From Aliishimia sp. (GTDB taxonomy: Bacteria; Pseudomonadota; Alphaproteobacteria; Rhodobacterales; Rhodobacteraceae): 64,000 nt of DNA. The position numbers were made by a program, and so were the translations under genes. The stretch lies in NCBI GenBank assembly GCA_039978895.1, contig JBDWAL010000055.1, positions 274,138 through 338,137 of the forward strand. Direction: 5' to 3'. How positions within the stretch are numbered: position 1 is the stretch's first letter; each line of letters begins with the position of its first letter. The notes under the pieces are model-generated. The model made no database searches. It had not been told where the DNA came from and was given only the letters and a program-made list of their open reading frames with translations. Positions 1-8,777 of this stretch are shown here, in pieces.

Positions 1-352
1 CGCCGAAAATCACGTAGGCTGCGTCGAATTGGTCGTGTTTGATTGGCTCCAAAAGACGTGCCGCATCTTCTGTCGTCGCGCCGTTTTCGCCGATCAATGT
101 CCATGAAACTGAAAAAACATCGCCCAAATTGGACGAGAGTTTAGGGGCAAGAGCTTCGTGTTGGCTTGCAACGCCGACGCCGACACAAGAACTGTCGCCT
201 AGCTGCAAGAACCGCAAATGCGGACCTTGTCCAACAAGGCCGAAGCGATCGCCGGTGGGTTCGGGCAAGCGTTCGGCGCTACGCAATGTCCACGCTGTTT
301 GGGCCAACAACAGTGGGGAAAGTAGGATGGAAAGAACCGTATCAAGCGCCAT
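1..352 (-). CDS. SGNH/GDSL-family hydrolase, N-terminal part (gene runs off the left edge of the window)
   Basis: Absent from the ORF track because it is truncated by the window edge. My minus-strand translation from ATG 352 is open to position 2: MALDTVLSILLSPLLLAQTAW...RFLQLGDSSCVGVG...LIGENGATT. It shows the GDS block I and a Gly block typical of SGNH esterases. Confidence 0.6.
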   Translation of the reverse strand, partial: MALDTVLSILLSPLLLAQTAWTLRSAERLPEPTGDRFGLVGQGPHLRFLQLGDSSCVGVGVASQHEALAPKLSSNLGDVFSVSWTLIGENGATTEDAARLLEPIKHDQFDAAYVIFG

Positions 353-560
353 AGGATCAATATTTGGGCGGCGATAACGCGAGTGCAAGCTTCACGTGGC
401 GGCAGTTGAAATTTGCGGTTTGGATATCTGCGAGATGGAAACGCGATTTCTGGCCTACGTATGAACGAGGTTTGAAAACTGCAATTTTGTCTGTTTTGAT
501 TGATCATATCGTCAGTATGGTTTGCACTCCTTGATCGAAAGACCCGGTGCGGGACATGAG

Positions 561-1322
561 TTAAGTGAACTGCTCTGAAATCAGGCGCTCTTCTAGGCCA
601 TGGCCGGGGTCAAAAAGGATTCTGTGTGCGACCGACGGCTCAGAGCGAATATCAACGGCCACAACATTTGGCACCATTGCACCGTCAGCATAGGCCATAA
701 CAGGTCGCTTTTCAGGCTCAAGGACTTCGAATCGAACATGGGCCGCCTTTGGCAACAAGGCGCCGCGCCATCGACGTGGGCGGAATGCTGCCACAGCCGT
801 CAAGGCAAGAACATCTGATCCAATAGGCAAGATTGGGCCGTGTGCAGAATAATTGTAGGCCGTGGACCCTGCCGGAGTCGACACCAACGCGCCGTCACAA
901 ACCAAGGCATCCATGCGAATCCGACCGTCCACAACAATACGCAACTTGGCAGCTTGAGCGCCTGCTCGAAGCAAAGAAACCTCGTTAATTGCCAAGGCGT
1001 GCGCATCACTACCATCTGCTTCATGCGCGATCATTTGCAATGGATTGATTTCGGCCTCTTCTGCTGCGGCAAGACGTTCAGGCAGGTTGTCGGCCCTGTA
1101 TTCATTCATCAAAAAACCGATTGTGCCGCGGTTCATCCCATAAACTGAGGCTGGGATACTTTCAGTGGCATGCAATGTTTGCAGCATGAAACCGTCGCCC
1201 CCTAACGCGACGATAACATCGGCATCATCAATATGTGCGTTGCCATAAAGTGCAGTCAGCTCTTCCAAGGCGGCTTGGGCTGGACCGCCGGGGGCGGCTG
1301 CAAATGCAATTTTCAGGTTCAT
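561..1322 (-). CDS. nadK: NAD kinase
   Basis: ORF 561..1361 with the GGDGFML motif ([12 protein letters not shown]) and [10 protein letters not shown]. Start moved to MNLKIAF (ATG 1322). Confidence 0.9.
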   Translation of the reverse strand: MNLKIAFAAAPGGPAQAALEELTALYGNAHIDDADVIVALGGDGFMLQTLHATESIPASVYGMNRGTIGFLMNEYRADNLPERLAAAEEAEINPLQMIAHEADGSDAHALAINEVSLLRAGAQAAKLRIVVDGRIRMDALVCDGALVSTPAGSTAYNYSAHGPILPIGSDVLALTAVAAFRPRRWRGALLPKAAHVRFEVLEPEKRPVMAYADGAMVPNVVAVDIRSEPSVAHRILFDPGHGLEERLISEQFT

Positions 1323-1491
1323 GAGGACGTTTCCGGGAGGCGTCGTGGAGTTCCGATGCAATCATATATTTCCGGTGGACGCCAGTACGGGTCGAGTTTC
1401 TACCGCCCTAGGTCGCATTTCGGGGTTTGCGGGCGGTGTGGTTTCCGATACGAAACGCCGCAACAGAGCAAGCAACCCTAGGGATTTTGTC

Positions 1492-2787
1492 ATGAACGCA
1501 CCACATCGCGACACCGGATTTTTCACGCAGTCACTTTCAGAACGTGATCCGGAGTTATTCGGCTCAATCACATCTGAACTGGGTCGCCAGCGCGATGAGA
1601 TCGAGCTTATCGCATCCGAGAACATCGTGTCTTCTGCAGTAATGGAGGCGCAAGGCTCTGTTCTTACAAACAAATATGCGGAAGGTTATCCGGGGCGTCG
1701 GTATTACGGCGGTTGCCAACATGTCGACGTCGCTGAAGAATTGGCCATCAGCCGCGCGTGCGAATTGTTTGGATGTGAGTTTGCAAACGTGCAGCCGAAC
1801 TCGGGGTCTCAAGCGAACCAAGGTGTGTTTCAGGCATTGTTGCAGCCGGGCGACACGATTCTTGGAATGTCCTTGGATGCGGGTGGCCACTTGACGCATG
1901 GGGCCAAACCAAACCAATCGGGCAAATGGTTCAATGCGGTTCAATACGGCGTGAAACGTGACACTTTGGACATCGATTACGAACAAGTTGCGGCACTTGC
2001 GGCAGAACATCAGCCTAAAATGATCATTGCAGGCGGGTCTGCCATTCCGCGCCATATTGATTTCGCGAAATTCCGCGAGATCGCTGACAGCGTTGGCGCC
2101 GTTTTGTTGGCTGACGTGGCGCATTTCGCGGGCCTCATCGCTGCGGGCGTCTATCCTGACCCATTCCCGCATGTGCATGTGGCAACGACAACCACGCACA
2201 AAACACTGCGCGGACCTCGCGGCGGGATGATCCTGACCAATGACGCCGCGATGGCGAAAAAGTTCAATTCGGCGATTTTCCCGGGAATTCAAGGCGGGCC
2301 ATTGATGCACGTCATCGCCGCTAAAGCTGTGGCGTTTGGCGAAGCTTTGGATCCGTCTTTCCGCACCTATCAAGAACAAGTGATCAAAAACGCGCAAGCT
2401 TTGGCCGATCAATTGCACCTGGGCGGATTGGAGACAGTGACCCATGGCACCGATTGTCACGTGTTGCTTGTCGATCTGCGGCCTAAATCGGTGAAAGGCA
2501 ACGCGACGGAGAAAGCGCTCGGACGTGCGCATATCACTTGCAACAAGAACGGCGTGCCGTTTGACGACGAAAAACCAACCATCACAAGCGGCATCCGTTT
2601 GGGATCTCCTGCGGGGACTACGCGTGGGTTCGGAGAGCCTGAATTCCGTCAGATCGGAGATTGGATCATCGAAGTGGTAGACGGGCTCGCCGCGAATGGT
2701 GAAGAAGGCAATGCAGCCGTTGAGGCCAAAGTCAGGGCTGAAGTTGCTAAATTGTGCGCAAGCTTCCCGCTATATCCAAACCATTGA
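1492..2787 (+). CDS. glyA: serine hydroxymethyltransferase
   Basis: ORF 1321..2787 with [11 protein letters not shown] and [14 protein letters not shown] (PLP-Lys region). Start set at MNAPHRD (ATG 1492); the upstream 57 codons lie in the divergent nadK/glyA intergenic region. Confidence 0.95.
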   Translation: MNAPHRDTGFFTQSLSERDPELFGSITSELGRQRDEIELIASENIVSSAVMEAQGSVLTNKYAEGYPGRRYYGGCQHVDVAEELAISRACELFGCEFANVQPNSGSQANQGVFQALLQPGDTILGMSLDAGGHLTHGAKPNQSGKWFNAVQYGVKRDTLDIDYEQVAALAAEHQPKMIIAGGSAIPRHIDFAKFREIADSVGAVLLADVAHFAGLIAAGVYPDPFPHVHVATTTTHKTLRGPRGGMILTNDAAMAKKFNSAIFPGIQGGPLMHVIAAKAVAFGEALDPSFRTYQEQVIKNAQALADQLHLGGLETVTHGTDCHVLLVDLRPKSVKGNATEKALGRAHITCNKNGVPFDDEKPTITSGIRLGSPAGTTRGFGEPEFRQIGDWIIEVVDGLAANGEEGNAAVEAKVRAEVAKLCASFPLYPNH

Positions 2788-2878
2788 GGCTTGGACGACA
2801 CCCTTTGACTTTAGAGCGCGCTGGGGCATCTGGCGCGCTTATTTCTTGGTGACTTTGTGTGGGTTTGATCAGAACTGA

Positions 2879-3802
2879 TCAAAGACCATGCCAACGACGC
2901 AGCATCCAATACCATTGATCCGGCTTGTCGAGGATTCTCGCGGACAGGCTGTCGTTGAAGGCTTTCGTCATTGTCCGGCTGTCACTTGGCGGGATTGGCG
3001 CTTCGAAATCCACGGTGAATTCGCGGCTTCCATCAACCCGCGTTCCATAAGCGGGCACCATGGGGACGTCGTATTTCAGGGCCAAACGCGCCGCGGCCAA
3101 AGAAGTCAGTGCGTCATGCCCCAAAAAGGGCAATAACTCGCCGTCCGCTGACTTTTCATCCAACAAAATCGCGATAAAGCCACCATTACGTAAGTGGCTC
3201 ACAAGCGCTTTAGTCCCGGCGCGCCCAGTTTCGAGAATAGGTTTGCCACCCGCTTCGATCCCAGCCAGCAACCTGCGTTGGTAATGTCGGTTTTTCTGCC
3301 GACGATAGACCGCGCCCGTTTCCATGCCCCTAGATTTTAGGTCCGCGCGGATAGCTTCCCATTGGCCGAAATGACCAGATACGATGATCGCGCCCTTGCC
3401 TTTGGCATGCGCATCTTCAAGCGCTGCGAGGCCCGGACCAGACGTGGTAATTCTGTCGGGCAGTGTCTGAAACTCCGCACAATGATAAATCTCGAACAGG
3501 GTTTGGCCCATGTTTCTGCCAATATCATAGCATAATTTCATGCGGGCAGGGCGCGGCATGTCAGGGAAGACACGTCTGAGGTCATGATCAATGCGCTGCC
3601 GAGAAATTGGAAACCAGCGCGCTGCCCCGCCCACGAATTTGCCCAATGCGCGCGCGCGATTATCGAAGGTACGCCACCGTGAAAAGGTGAGCGCAGACAG
3701 CAAGGGCACATATCGCAAATGGTGCCAGAAAGAGATGAAATGTCGAGAAATCACCGAGCTTGTATGGGTGTAACGCGAGTGGCCGCCAAGAGGAAAATGC
3801 AT
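2879..3802 (-). CDS. lysophospholipid / lipid A (LpxL/HtrB-like) acyltransferase family protein
   Basis: 307-aa ORF with an N-terminal hydrophobic segment, IVSGHFGQWE (HX4D/E acyltransferase-type motif) and ILLDEK. Exact start uncertain. Confidence 0.7.
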   Translation of the reverse strand: MHFPLGGHSRYTHTSSVISRHFISFWHHLRYVPLLSALTFSRWRTFDNRARALGKFVGGAARWFPISRQRIDHDLRRVFPDMPRPARMKLCYDIGRNMGQTLFEIYHCAEFQTLPDRITTSGPGLAALEDAHAKGKGAIIVSGHFGQWEAIRADLKSRGMETGAVYRRQKNRHYQRRLLAGIEAGGKPILETGRAGTKALVSHLRNGGFIAILLDEKSADGELLPFLGHDALTSLAAARLALKYDVPMVPAYGTRVDGSREFTVDFEAPIPPSDSRTMTKAFNDSLSARILDKPDQWYWMLRRWHGL

Positions 3803-3897
3803 GTTCCAACCCGTTAATCGAAAGTTTTTTGTAAGACAATTGCACGGGGTGGAATTAGGCGGCCCAATTGCAATTTTGAGTTGCAGTAACGTTGCGG

Positions 3898-3925
3898 CAG
3901 AGGCGCAATGATTTATGCGCCTCTG
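3898..3925 (-). terminator. perfect 10-bp stem hairpin downstream of the pspA/yiaAB-like pair
   Basis: CAGAGGCGCA-atgattta-TGCGCCTCTG, 44 nt past the stop at 3969. There is no clean U-run on the minus strand (the + strand has GGTGTTTTGGG), so the function is uncertain. Confidence 0.3.
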
Positions 3926-3968
3926 GCGGTGTTTTGGGCGCGTCGCCCAAGAAGAGCAGTAAAGCTTG

Positions 3969-4247
3969 TTACTTCACGTCGCCCACAAAATCCTCAAGTA
4001 ATTTTTCGTTCCGGGCCTCTTCGATGCGGCGAATGCGATCTTCGCTCGACTTCCAATCGAAGCGATATTTTACCACGTTGATCAAAGAAATCGTTAGCAT
4101 CAAGACGCCCATTCCCCAAAAACCTTTTGTGGACAAAGGAACCTCGGTGGATAGGTACAGCGACAAACCTAACAAGCCATAGGCTACAGCCACACCAGCC
4201 ATATTGATAAACATAATCAATGTATTGTCATTCTGTTCGATTTTCAT
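3969..4247 (-). CDS. small two-TM inner-membrane protein, YiaA/YiaB-like
   Basis: 92 aa with two hydrophobic helices (MFINMAGVAVAYGLLGLSLYL; GFWGMGVLMLTISLINVV) followed by a charged tail. Lies 42 nt downstream of the PspA-like gene on the same strand. Confidence 0.5.
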   Translation of the reverse strand: MKIEQNDNTLIMFINMAGVAVAYGLLGLSLYLSTEVPLSTKGFWGMGVLMLTISLINVVKYRFDWKSSEDRIRRIEEARNEKLLEDFVGDVK

Positions 4248-4289
4248 TTTGAGTACTCCTTGTACCAGAATAAATTTGGGGAATTGGGT

Positions 4290-4961
4290 TTATTTGAACC
4301 GGGCTAGTACGTCAGTTGCGGTTGTTTTTGTCGAAGGGCCAAGGCCTTTGGCAGCCATGCGATCAGCTATAGAGTCATGGTTCAAACCGGTCTCGATCTC
4401 ACGAAGGATCTCGGACTGTTCAAACGGATCGTCACGCTTCATAACGCCTTCGATCAATTCTTCGGCTTCGTCCATCGCGTTGGCAGAATGCCCGCCTGCA
4501 CGGCCAAGCCGCGTTTGGATTTGTTGCTCGCGTTTCATCGATTTGGCGGCGATGGCGCCTTGCTTGAGATCAACCAGTCGCCGATGCGCAGTTTCGACAG
4601 AGGCTTCAAGGCGCAGGACGCGCGTTTCTAGTCTTTGGATGGTTGCACGTCGCAATGCGAGTTCGTTTTCCATCGTCGCGATAGCTGAAGCCGCTTCGCT
4701 GGCCAGTGTATCTTCGCCGGCTTTCAACGCGTCTTTGGTGCGCAACATCAAATCACCGATGCGATCGTGCAAGGCAGTTGCCTGACGTTCCTCACTGCGT
4801 TTGCGTTGGATGAGTCCAGCAAGAGATACTTTGGCGGCCTTTAATGAATTCGTTGCTTCGCGAATTTTTTGCTCGATCAATTCGATTGAATAGACGTCGC
4901 GCAAATTTTCTTCTGCCCGAGCGTTGGAGCCTGCAATGAGTGTGCGAAAGGTACTTAACAT
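4290..4961 (-). CDS. pspA: PspA/IM30 family protein (phage-shock protein A-like)
   Basis: Long coiled-coil protein with N-terminus MLSTFRTLIAGSNARAEENLRD, typical of PspA/IM30. GGAG lies about 8 nt upstream of ATG 4961. The 22 extra upstream codons in the ORF track overlap operator sites. Confidence 0.8.
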   Translation of the reverse strand: MLSTFRTLIAGSNARAEENLRDVYSIELIEQKIREATNSLKAAKVSLAGLIQRKRSEERQATALHDRIGDLMLRTKDALKAGEDTLASEAASAIATMENELALRRATIQRLETRVLRLEASVETAHRRLVDLKQGAIAAKSMKREQQIQTRLGRAGGHSANAMDEAEELIEGVMKRDDPFEQSEILREIETGLNHDSIADRMAAKGLGPSTKTTATDVLARFK

Positions 4962-4995
4962 TTTGATCTCTCCATCGTTGACGCGTCCAATTTCG

Positions 4996-5066
4996 TGAAC
5001 GCTGTTCATGGATGTATATATGTGCATTTATGAACAGCGTTCAAGTGATGTTTTGAACAAGGTTCA
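4996..5066. promoter_or_regulatory. three copies of the palindrome TGAAC-N3-GTTCA (candidate TetR operators) upstream of pspA
   Basis: TGAACGCTGTTCA at 4996..5008, TGAACAGCGTTCA at 5031..5043 and TGAACAAGGTTCA at 5054..5066. All lie between the TetR stop (5099) and the pspA start (4961). Confidence 0.6.
5016..5044 (-). promoter_or_regulatory. candidate sigma70-type promoter of pspA
   Basis: Minus strand reads TTGAAC (5044..5039, inside operator 2), a 17-nt spacer, then ATATAT (5021..5016). Operator 1 lies just downstream of the -10. Confidence 0.35.
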
Positions 5067-5098
5067 TGAATTTTATAATTGCTCTAATTTACAGGTGG

Positions 5099-5692
5099 TT
5101 ATGGCCTGATGGCGTGTAGAAATTCCGCGATCATCGCTTCGATTTGTGTCAGTGGTACAGCTGAAATTCTCTTTTCTAGCCCCAATAAAACGATTCCATG
5201 CACCGCAGAAAACAAAGCGCGTACTGTTAAATCTAACTCCGCACGGGATTTGTCTGGATATATGAGAGACAAGGGTTCGGCTATCAAAGCGAATACGGCG
5301 CCGAGTTCTTGCAAATACCACGCGGGGACTTGCCCCTCACTAGACATTTCCAGATCAAACAAAGCACGCCACAAGGATGTGTTTTCTGCGGCGAAGGCAA
5401 GATACGCATTGGACATCACCACAAGACGCTCATTGGGGTCTTCGGGGCGTTGCGATTGCAATGCGCCAGTAATTGCAGTGCCAAGGCGTCGGAACGTGCG
5501 ACCATTCACAGCCATGATCAACGCCTGCATGTCATTAAAATGGGTGTAAATCGCACCAAGAGCGCAGCCTGCTTCCTTGGCGAGCTCGCGGGCTTTAAGT
5601 GAATGCAAACCTGTCGCTGAGATTTTTAGCTCAGCCACATCGATTAAGGTTTCGCGCAAGCGGGCGCGACGTGTTTCGGTTTTAGTGACCAT
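5099..5692 (-). CDS. TetR/AcrR family transcriptional regulator
   Basis: N-terminal TetR HTH ([30 protein letters not shown]); 197 aa. Confidence 0.9.
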   Translation of the reverse strand: MVTKTETRRARLRETLIDVAELKISATGLHSLKARELAKEAGCALGAIYTHFNDMQALIMAVNGRTFRRLGTAITGALQSQRPEDPNERLVVMSNAYLAFAAENTSLWRALFDLEMSSEGQVPAWYLQELGAVFALIAEPLSLIYPDKSRAELDLTVRALFSAVHGIVLLGLEKRISAVPLTQIEAMIAEFLHAIRP

Positions 5693-5710
5693 GACATGAC
5701 GCTTTCATCG

Positions 5711-5723
5711 TGAACCTCGTTCA
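5711..5723. promoter_or_regulatory. fourth TGAAC-N3-GTTCA palindrome, 19 nt upstream of the TetR start (candidate autoregulatory operator)
   Basis: TGAACCTCGTTCA at 5711..5723, in the 76-nt gap between the SCO stop (5769) and the TetR ATG (5692). Confidence 0.55.
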
Positions 5724-5768
5724 CAGATACCCTTCCAGAGACACGTTCTGCAAGGGGCGCGCGCGATA

Positions 5769-6329
5769 TCAGCTTTGTCCGGATAAATACTTTCGGACGA
5801 TTCCAGTCATCTGCTCCGCATTCAAGATTGGCGGTAACAACGTGAGCAACTCGCCTTCGCCATCTAGCAGATGCACAAACCCCGTATGGCTGTAAATCCA
5901 ACCATACTCAGGGTCCTCAAACAAAGGTTCAAACTTCACATTGAACGCATCATAAGCCACAGAAAGCGCGTATTCATCGCCCGTTAGGCCAACGAATTCG
6001 GGATGTAATTCAGCCAAGGGCGCGTCCATCGTATCAACAGTGTCTTGATCCGGTGCAATGGTGATGAGGATAGGCGTGACACCATGGCCTTCTAGGGCCA
6101 TCGCATCGGTGACCTGCGCCATAAGTGGCAGAGCGGCGGAGCAGATATTGAGACAATTGGCATACCCAAAGAACACCAATTGGGCTTGCCCCTTAGGATC
6201 AACTTCCGTGCGAAGTGCCTCGTGCTGGTCTATCAACTGAAATGGACCGCCAATGTCAGCCGGGAAGGGCGTGTCTGCTAGCGCGGAAGTTCCCAAACAC
6301 GCACAAACCGCCAAGCTACGCCACAACAT
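5769..6329 (-). CDS. SCO1/SenC family copper chaperone / thiol-disulfide oxidoreductase
   Basis: Signal peptide and a thioredoxin-like protein with the SCO CxxxC motif (YANCLNICSAALP). ATG 6329 overlaps the upstream stop (TGATG); a TTG at 6332 is an alternative start. Confidence 0.85.
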   Translation of the reverse strand: MLWRSLAVCACLGTSALADTPFPADIGGPFQLIDQHEALRTEVDPKGQAQLVFFGYANCLNICSAALPLMAQVTDAMALEGHGVTPILITIAPDQDTVDTMDAPLAELHPEFVGLTGDEYALSVAYDAFNVKFEPLFEDPEYGWIYSHTGFVHLLDGEGELLTLLPPILNAEQMTGIVRKYLSGQS

Positions 6330-6895
6330 CAAAAGTTATCCTCGGCGTAGGTTTTGTCTTCTTCCAGACCTAAGCCCAGATACCCTTCCTCAGCGATAAT
6401 GGCTTTGACACGAGGATCACGGCGAAACCAAGCTCCTTTGCCTTTAGCTTCGGGGAAATCCTTTGCCCAAAGCTTGCTGGCTTTGTTGGTTTTTATCCAT
6501 TCCTCGCTACCCGCAGGTTTGATTTTCTGGATCAAGTAGACGTTTTTTGCATTCAGGTCTTCGTCTTCGATCATAAGACCGTCAACTTGCACCGTTTGAT
6601 TGCAATACAACGCTAAATCACGTGCTGCGCCCATAAAGTTGGCCTGCGCGTTCTTCATCGCTAAGACGAGCACATTGTCGACACTTCGCAATAAACCCAT
6701 TTGGCGCGTACCACCGCCGCATTCTTCGACGCAATTCCCTGTCAATTCACAGGTTACATCGACAACTTTGGCTTCAAACGTCGCGGGGATTTCACCGTAT
6801 AGATTCCAAGGGCGTGCGGTCGATCCTTCTGAAAAATCCTGCGCGGCCAAAGGTGCTGCGAGCAAGGTTAAGGCGGCAAAAGCAAAACGCATCAT
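6329..6895 (-). CDS. secreted Cys-motif protein of unknown function (paralog of the 6892..7338 product)
   Basis: Signal peptide MMRFAFAALTLLAAPLAA/QD; Cys pattern VVDVTCELTGNCVEECGGG and LYC. Start overlaps the upstream stop (ATGA). No family recognised. Confidence 0.7.
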   Translation of the reverse strand: MMRFAFAALTLLAAPLAAQDFSEGSTARPWNLYGEIPATFEAKVVDVTCELTGNCVEECGGGTRQMGLLRSVDNVLVLAMKNAQANFMGAARDLALYCNQTVQVDGLMIEDEDLNAKNVYLIQKIKPAGSEEWIKTNKASKLWAKDFPEAKGKGAWFRRDPRVKAIIAEEGYLGLGLEEDKTYAEDNF

Positions 6896-7338
6896 TTGTT
6901 TGGATCCGGGAATGAGAACGGCGGAACCGTGCCAAAATCTTCATGGGTACGGTTGGCGATATCAAGATCAGACGTGACAGCGGACACAAACAAATAGTTC
7001 AGCCCATCACGTTCATAAAGCATCCCGTCAGCCTCGACGGTGTGGGCTGCAAGCTTTAGCGCGGTGTCTGCGCCTGCAGATGCGTCATCCTCTGCGACCT
7101 GCAACACCATATAGACAGTGCCGTCTTCCGCGAGCAATCCAACGGGAATCCCACCTGCTGAGCACCAAAGCGCGCATGTGTGGTGGGCCGATCCGACGAC
7201 CGCATCTGGTCCGCCCATAACGCCAGAATAGTAACACCACGTGTCGATGATCTCGCCTTTGACTTGGACGCGCGTGCCTTCGGCGGCAAAAGCGGGCATC
7301 GCTAAACAGGAGAGAAGTAGGGGTAGCAATCGTTTCAT
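6892..7338 (-). CDS. secreted Cys/His-motif protein of unknown function
   Basis: Signal peptide MKRLLPLLLSCLAMPAFA/AEG; IIDTWCYYSG...SAHHTCALWCSAGGIPVGLL. First gene of a translationally coupled trio with SCO. Confidence 0.7.
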   Translation of the reverse strand: MKRLLPLLLSCLAMPAFAAEGTRVQVKGEIIDTWCYYSGVMGGPDAVVGSAHHTCALWCSAGGIPVGLLAEDGTVYMVLQVAEDDASAGADTALKLAAHTVEADGMLYERDGLNYLFVSAVTSDLDIANRTHEDFGTVPPFSFPDPNK

Positions 7339-7428
7339 TTAAAGCCCTCCTTGGGGTGTTACTTTACAGTACAAAAGGGCCGACTTGGGTCAAATCACGA
7401 ATTGGATAGCGCCCGAATGAGCCAAGAT

Positions 7429-8709
7429 TTAGTCCAATGTAAACAGCTCTTGTCGATCTGTAACGCCGCGCAAACGGTATTGGCCAAGTGACACGAGATC
7501 ATCGCGTTTTTCCAATAAGGGACGGGCAACATTGGCCCCGATGACAATCGTTTGATCGACCATCGCGCTCATACCCGAAATCCGGGCGGCGGTGTTGACC
7601 GCTGGGCCGATCACCGTAAAGTCAAGGCGGCTGGCTGAGCCGATATTGCCGTAAAGCACGTCACCCGCATGGGCGGAAATTGTAAAACCGGTGTGGTACA
7701 GGTTTTCATTTTGACGGCGTGTGCTTGTGTCGGCGACAGCCGTGCGGATGTCACAGATTGTCTCAACGGCGACGAGTTCAGCGTCGGGCACGTCATCCTT
7801 TGCAAAAATGGCCAGCAAACCATCGCCCATAAACTTCAAAACATTACCACCGCGCGCTTCGATCAAGGGAACGACCTCGCCAAAGTAGTCGTTGAGCAAG
7901 TCAATGATGTCAGGGCCGTCTAGGACTTCGGAGAGTTTGGTAAACCCTTGAAGGTCAAAGTAGAGAATTACAGCTTCGATGCTGTCCAATGACCCACGCC
8001 CAAGCGCGCCGGACATAACGCGAGCACTGGCATCTGCGCCCAGATATGCCGCCAACAGGTCTTCGGCCATTTGGTAGTTGGAATTGGATTTCAGCGCCAA
8101 ACCCAGTGCGGGTAATATCTGGTGTAACGACGCGAGATCAGTGTCAGAAAACCCATCGACCGCATCACTGCACCATGATGCCATCATACCCGCAGGCAAA
8201 TTCTGAACTGTTCTCACCACATTTGGATCGCGACGTTCAAACGAGACTTGGGTCGCGAAATAATCAGTTGCACCTTGTTCGACCAGCTCATCAAACAGCG
8301 GGTAAGGGAAGGGCTTAACGTCAGCCGTCAGGCGATGGCGTAGTTCCGGATTCTGGGAGTCCATCAGCGCTTTTAGGGGGCTGCTGTTCCAGCCGGTATT
8401 GGTGGTCGAAGGCGAGTTTGTGCGCTCGTATAGTTCATGAATGATCCCGGAGGCGCGCTTCCAGCGATACGCAAACGCGCCGATTTCCGGGTGGTGTGCA
8501 CGCATCGAAAAGTTGACTCGCAACAGGGGGATGCCAGCCTCGACAAGTTTTTCGCAAAGGGTTTCAAGTAGTTCTTCGAAATGGGTTCCAAGTAGCCCTT
8601 CTTGCAGGATCCAAGAAACGATGTCTGGTACGGTCGTGCGCGTATCGCGTGTATGCTCTGTCATGGCCTTACTATACCAGCTTGGCACCGAGCTGTCTGT
8701 CATGATCAT
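7429..8709 (-). CDS. class III adenylate/guanylate cyclase with an uncharacterised N-terminal domain
   Basis: C-terminal cyclase motifs VILYFDLQGFTKLSE, KFMGDGLLAIF and GPAVNTAARI. The N-terminal domain of about 230 aa was not recognised. Confidence 0.85.
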   Translation of the reverse strand: MIMTDSSVPSWYSKAMTEHTRDTRTTVPDIVSWILQEGLLGTHFEELLETLCEKLVEAGIPLLRVNFSMRAHHPEIGAFAYRWKRASGIIHELYERTNSPSTTNTGWNSSPLKALMDSQNPELRHRLTADVKPFPYPLFDELVEQGATDYFATQVSFERRDPNVVRTVQNLPAGMMASWCSDAVDGFSDTDLASLHQILPALGLALKSNSNYQMAEDLLAAYLGADASARVMSGALGRGSLDSIEAVILYFDLQGFTKLSEVLDGPDIIDLLNDYFGEVVPLIEARGGNVLKFMGDGLLAIFAKDDVPDAELVAVETICDIRTAVADTSTRRQNENLYHTGFTISAHAGDVLYGNIGSASRLDFTVIGPAVNTAARISGMSAMVDQTIVIGANVARPLLEKRDDLVSLGQYRLRGVTDRQELFTLD

Positions 8710-8777
8710 TCAAGGACATTGGCTCAAGCGTGCACCCCGCTTCGTCCTAGGGGATGCACGAAATTCAAAGCCAGCGG

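Noticed and set aside
39-507. ORF-track entries 39..377(+), 166..354(+) and 199..507(-) at the left edge.
   Set aside because: A different minus-strand frame gives an SGNH/GDSL hydrolase N-terminus with a GDS motif (1..352). The listed ORFs have implausible compositions.
1323-1491. The 169-nt divergent nadK/glyA intergenic region has GC-rich segments (GGTGGACGCCAGTACGGGTCGAG, CCGCCCTAGG) and repeated CCTAGG palindromes. I considered a ZTP (pfl) or other riboswitch, because glyA is a known ZTP-riboswitch target.
   Set aside because: The GGGTCG-like and CCGCC-like elements are only about 8 nt apart. They do not reproduce the order, spacing or conserved CCGCCUGGGC 3' element of the pfl motif as I remember it. 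No convincing P1/P2/pseudoknot could be drawn by hand. An Infernal/Rfam scan would settle it.
1564-2532. Long antisense ORFs opposite well-supported genes: 1564..2532, 16209..16784, 39648..40403, 40872..41423, 53045..53893 and many 60-150-aa ORFs in the track.
   Set aside because: They are shadow ORFs on the opposite strand of genes with clear family motifs. Their products are Arg/Pro/His/Cys-rich with no recognisable domains.
8683-8700. TGGCAC...TGTC resembling a sigma54 -24/-12 element.
   Set aside because: The -12 element is TGTC rather than TTGC. It is on the + strand inside the 5' end of the minus-strand cyclase gene, with nothing downstream to drive.
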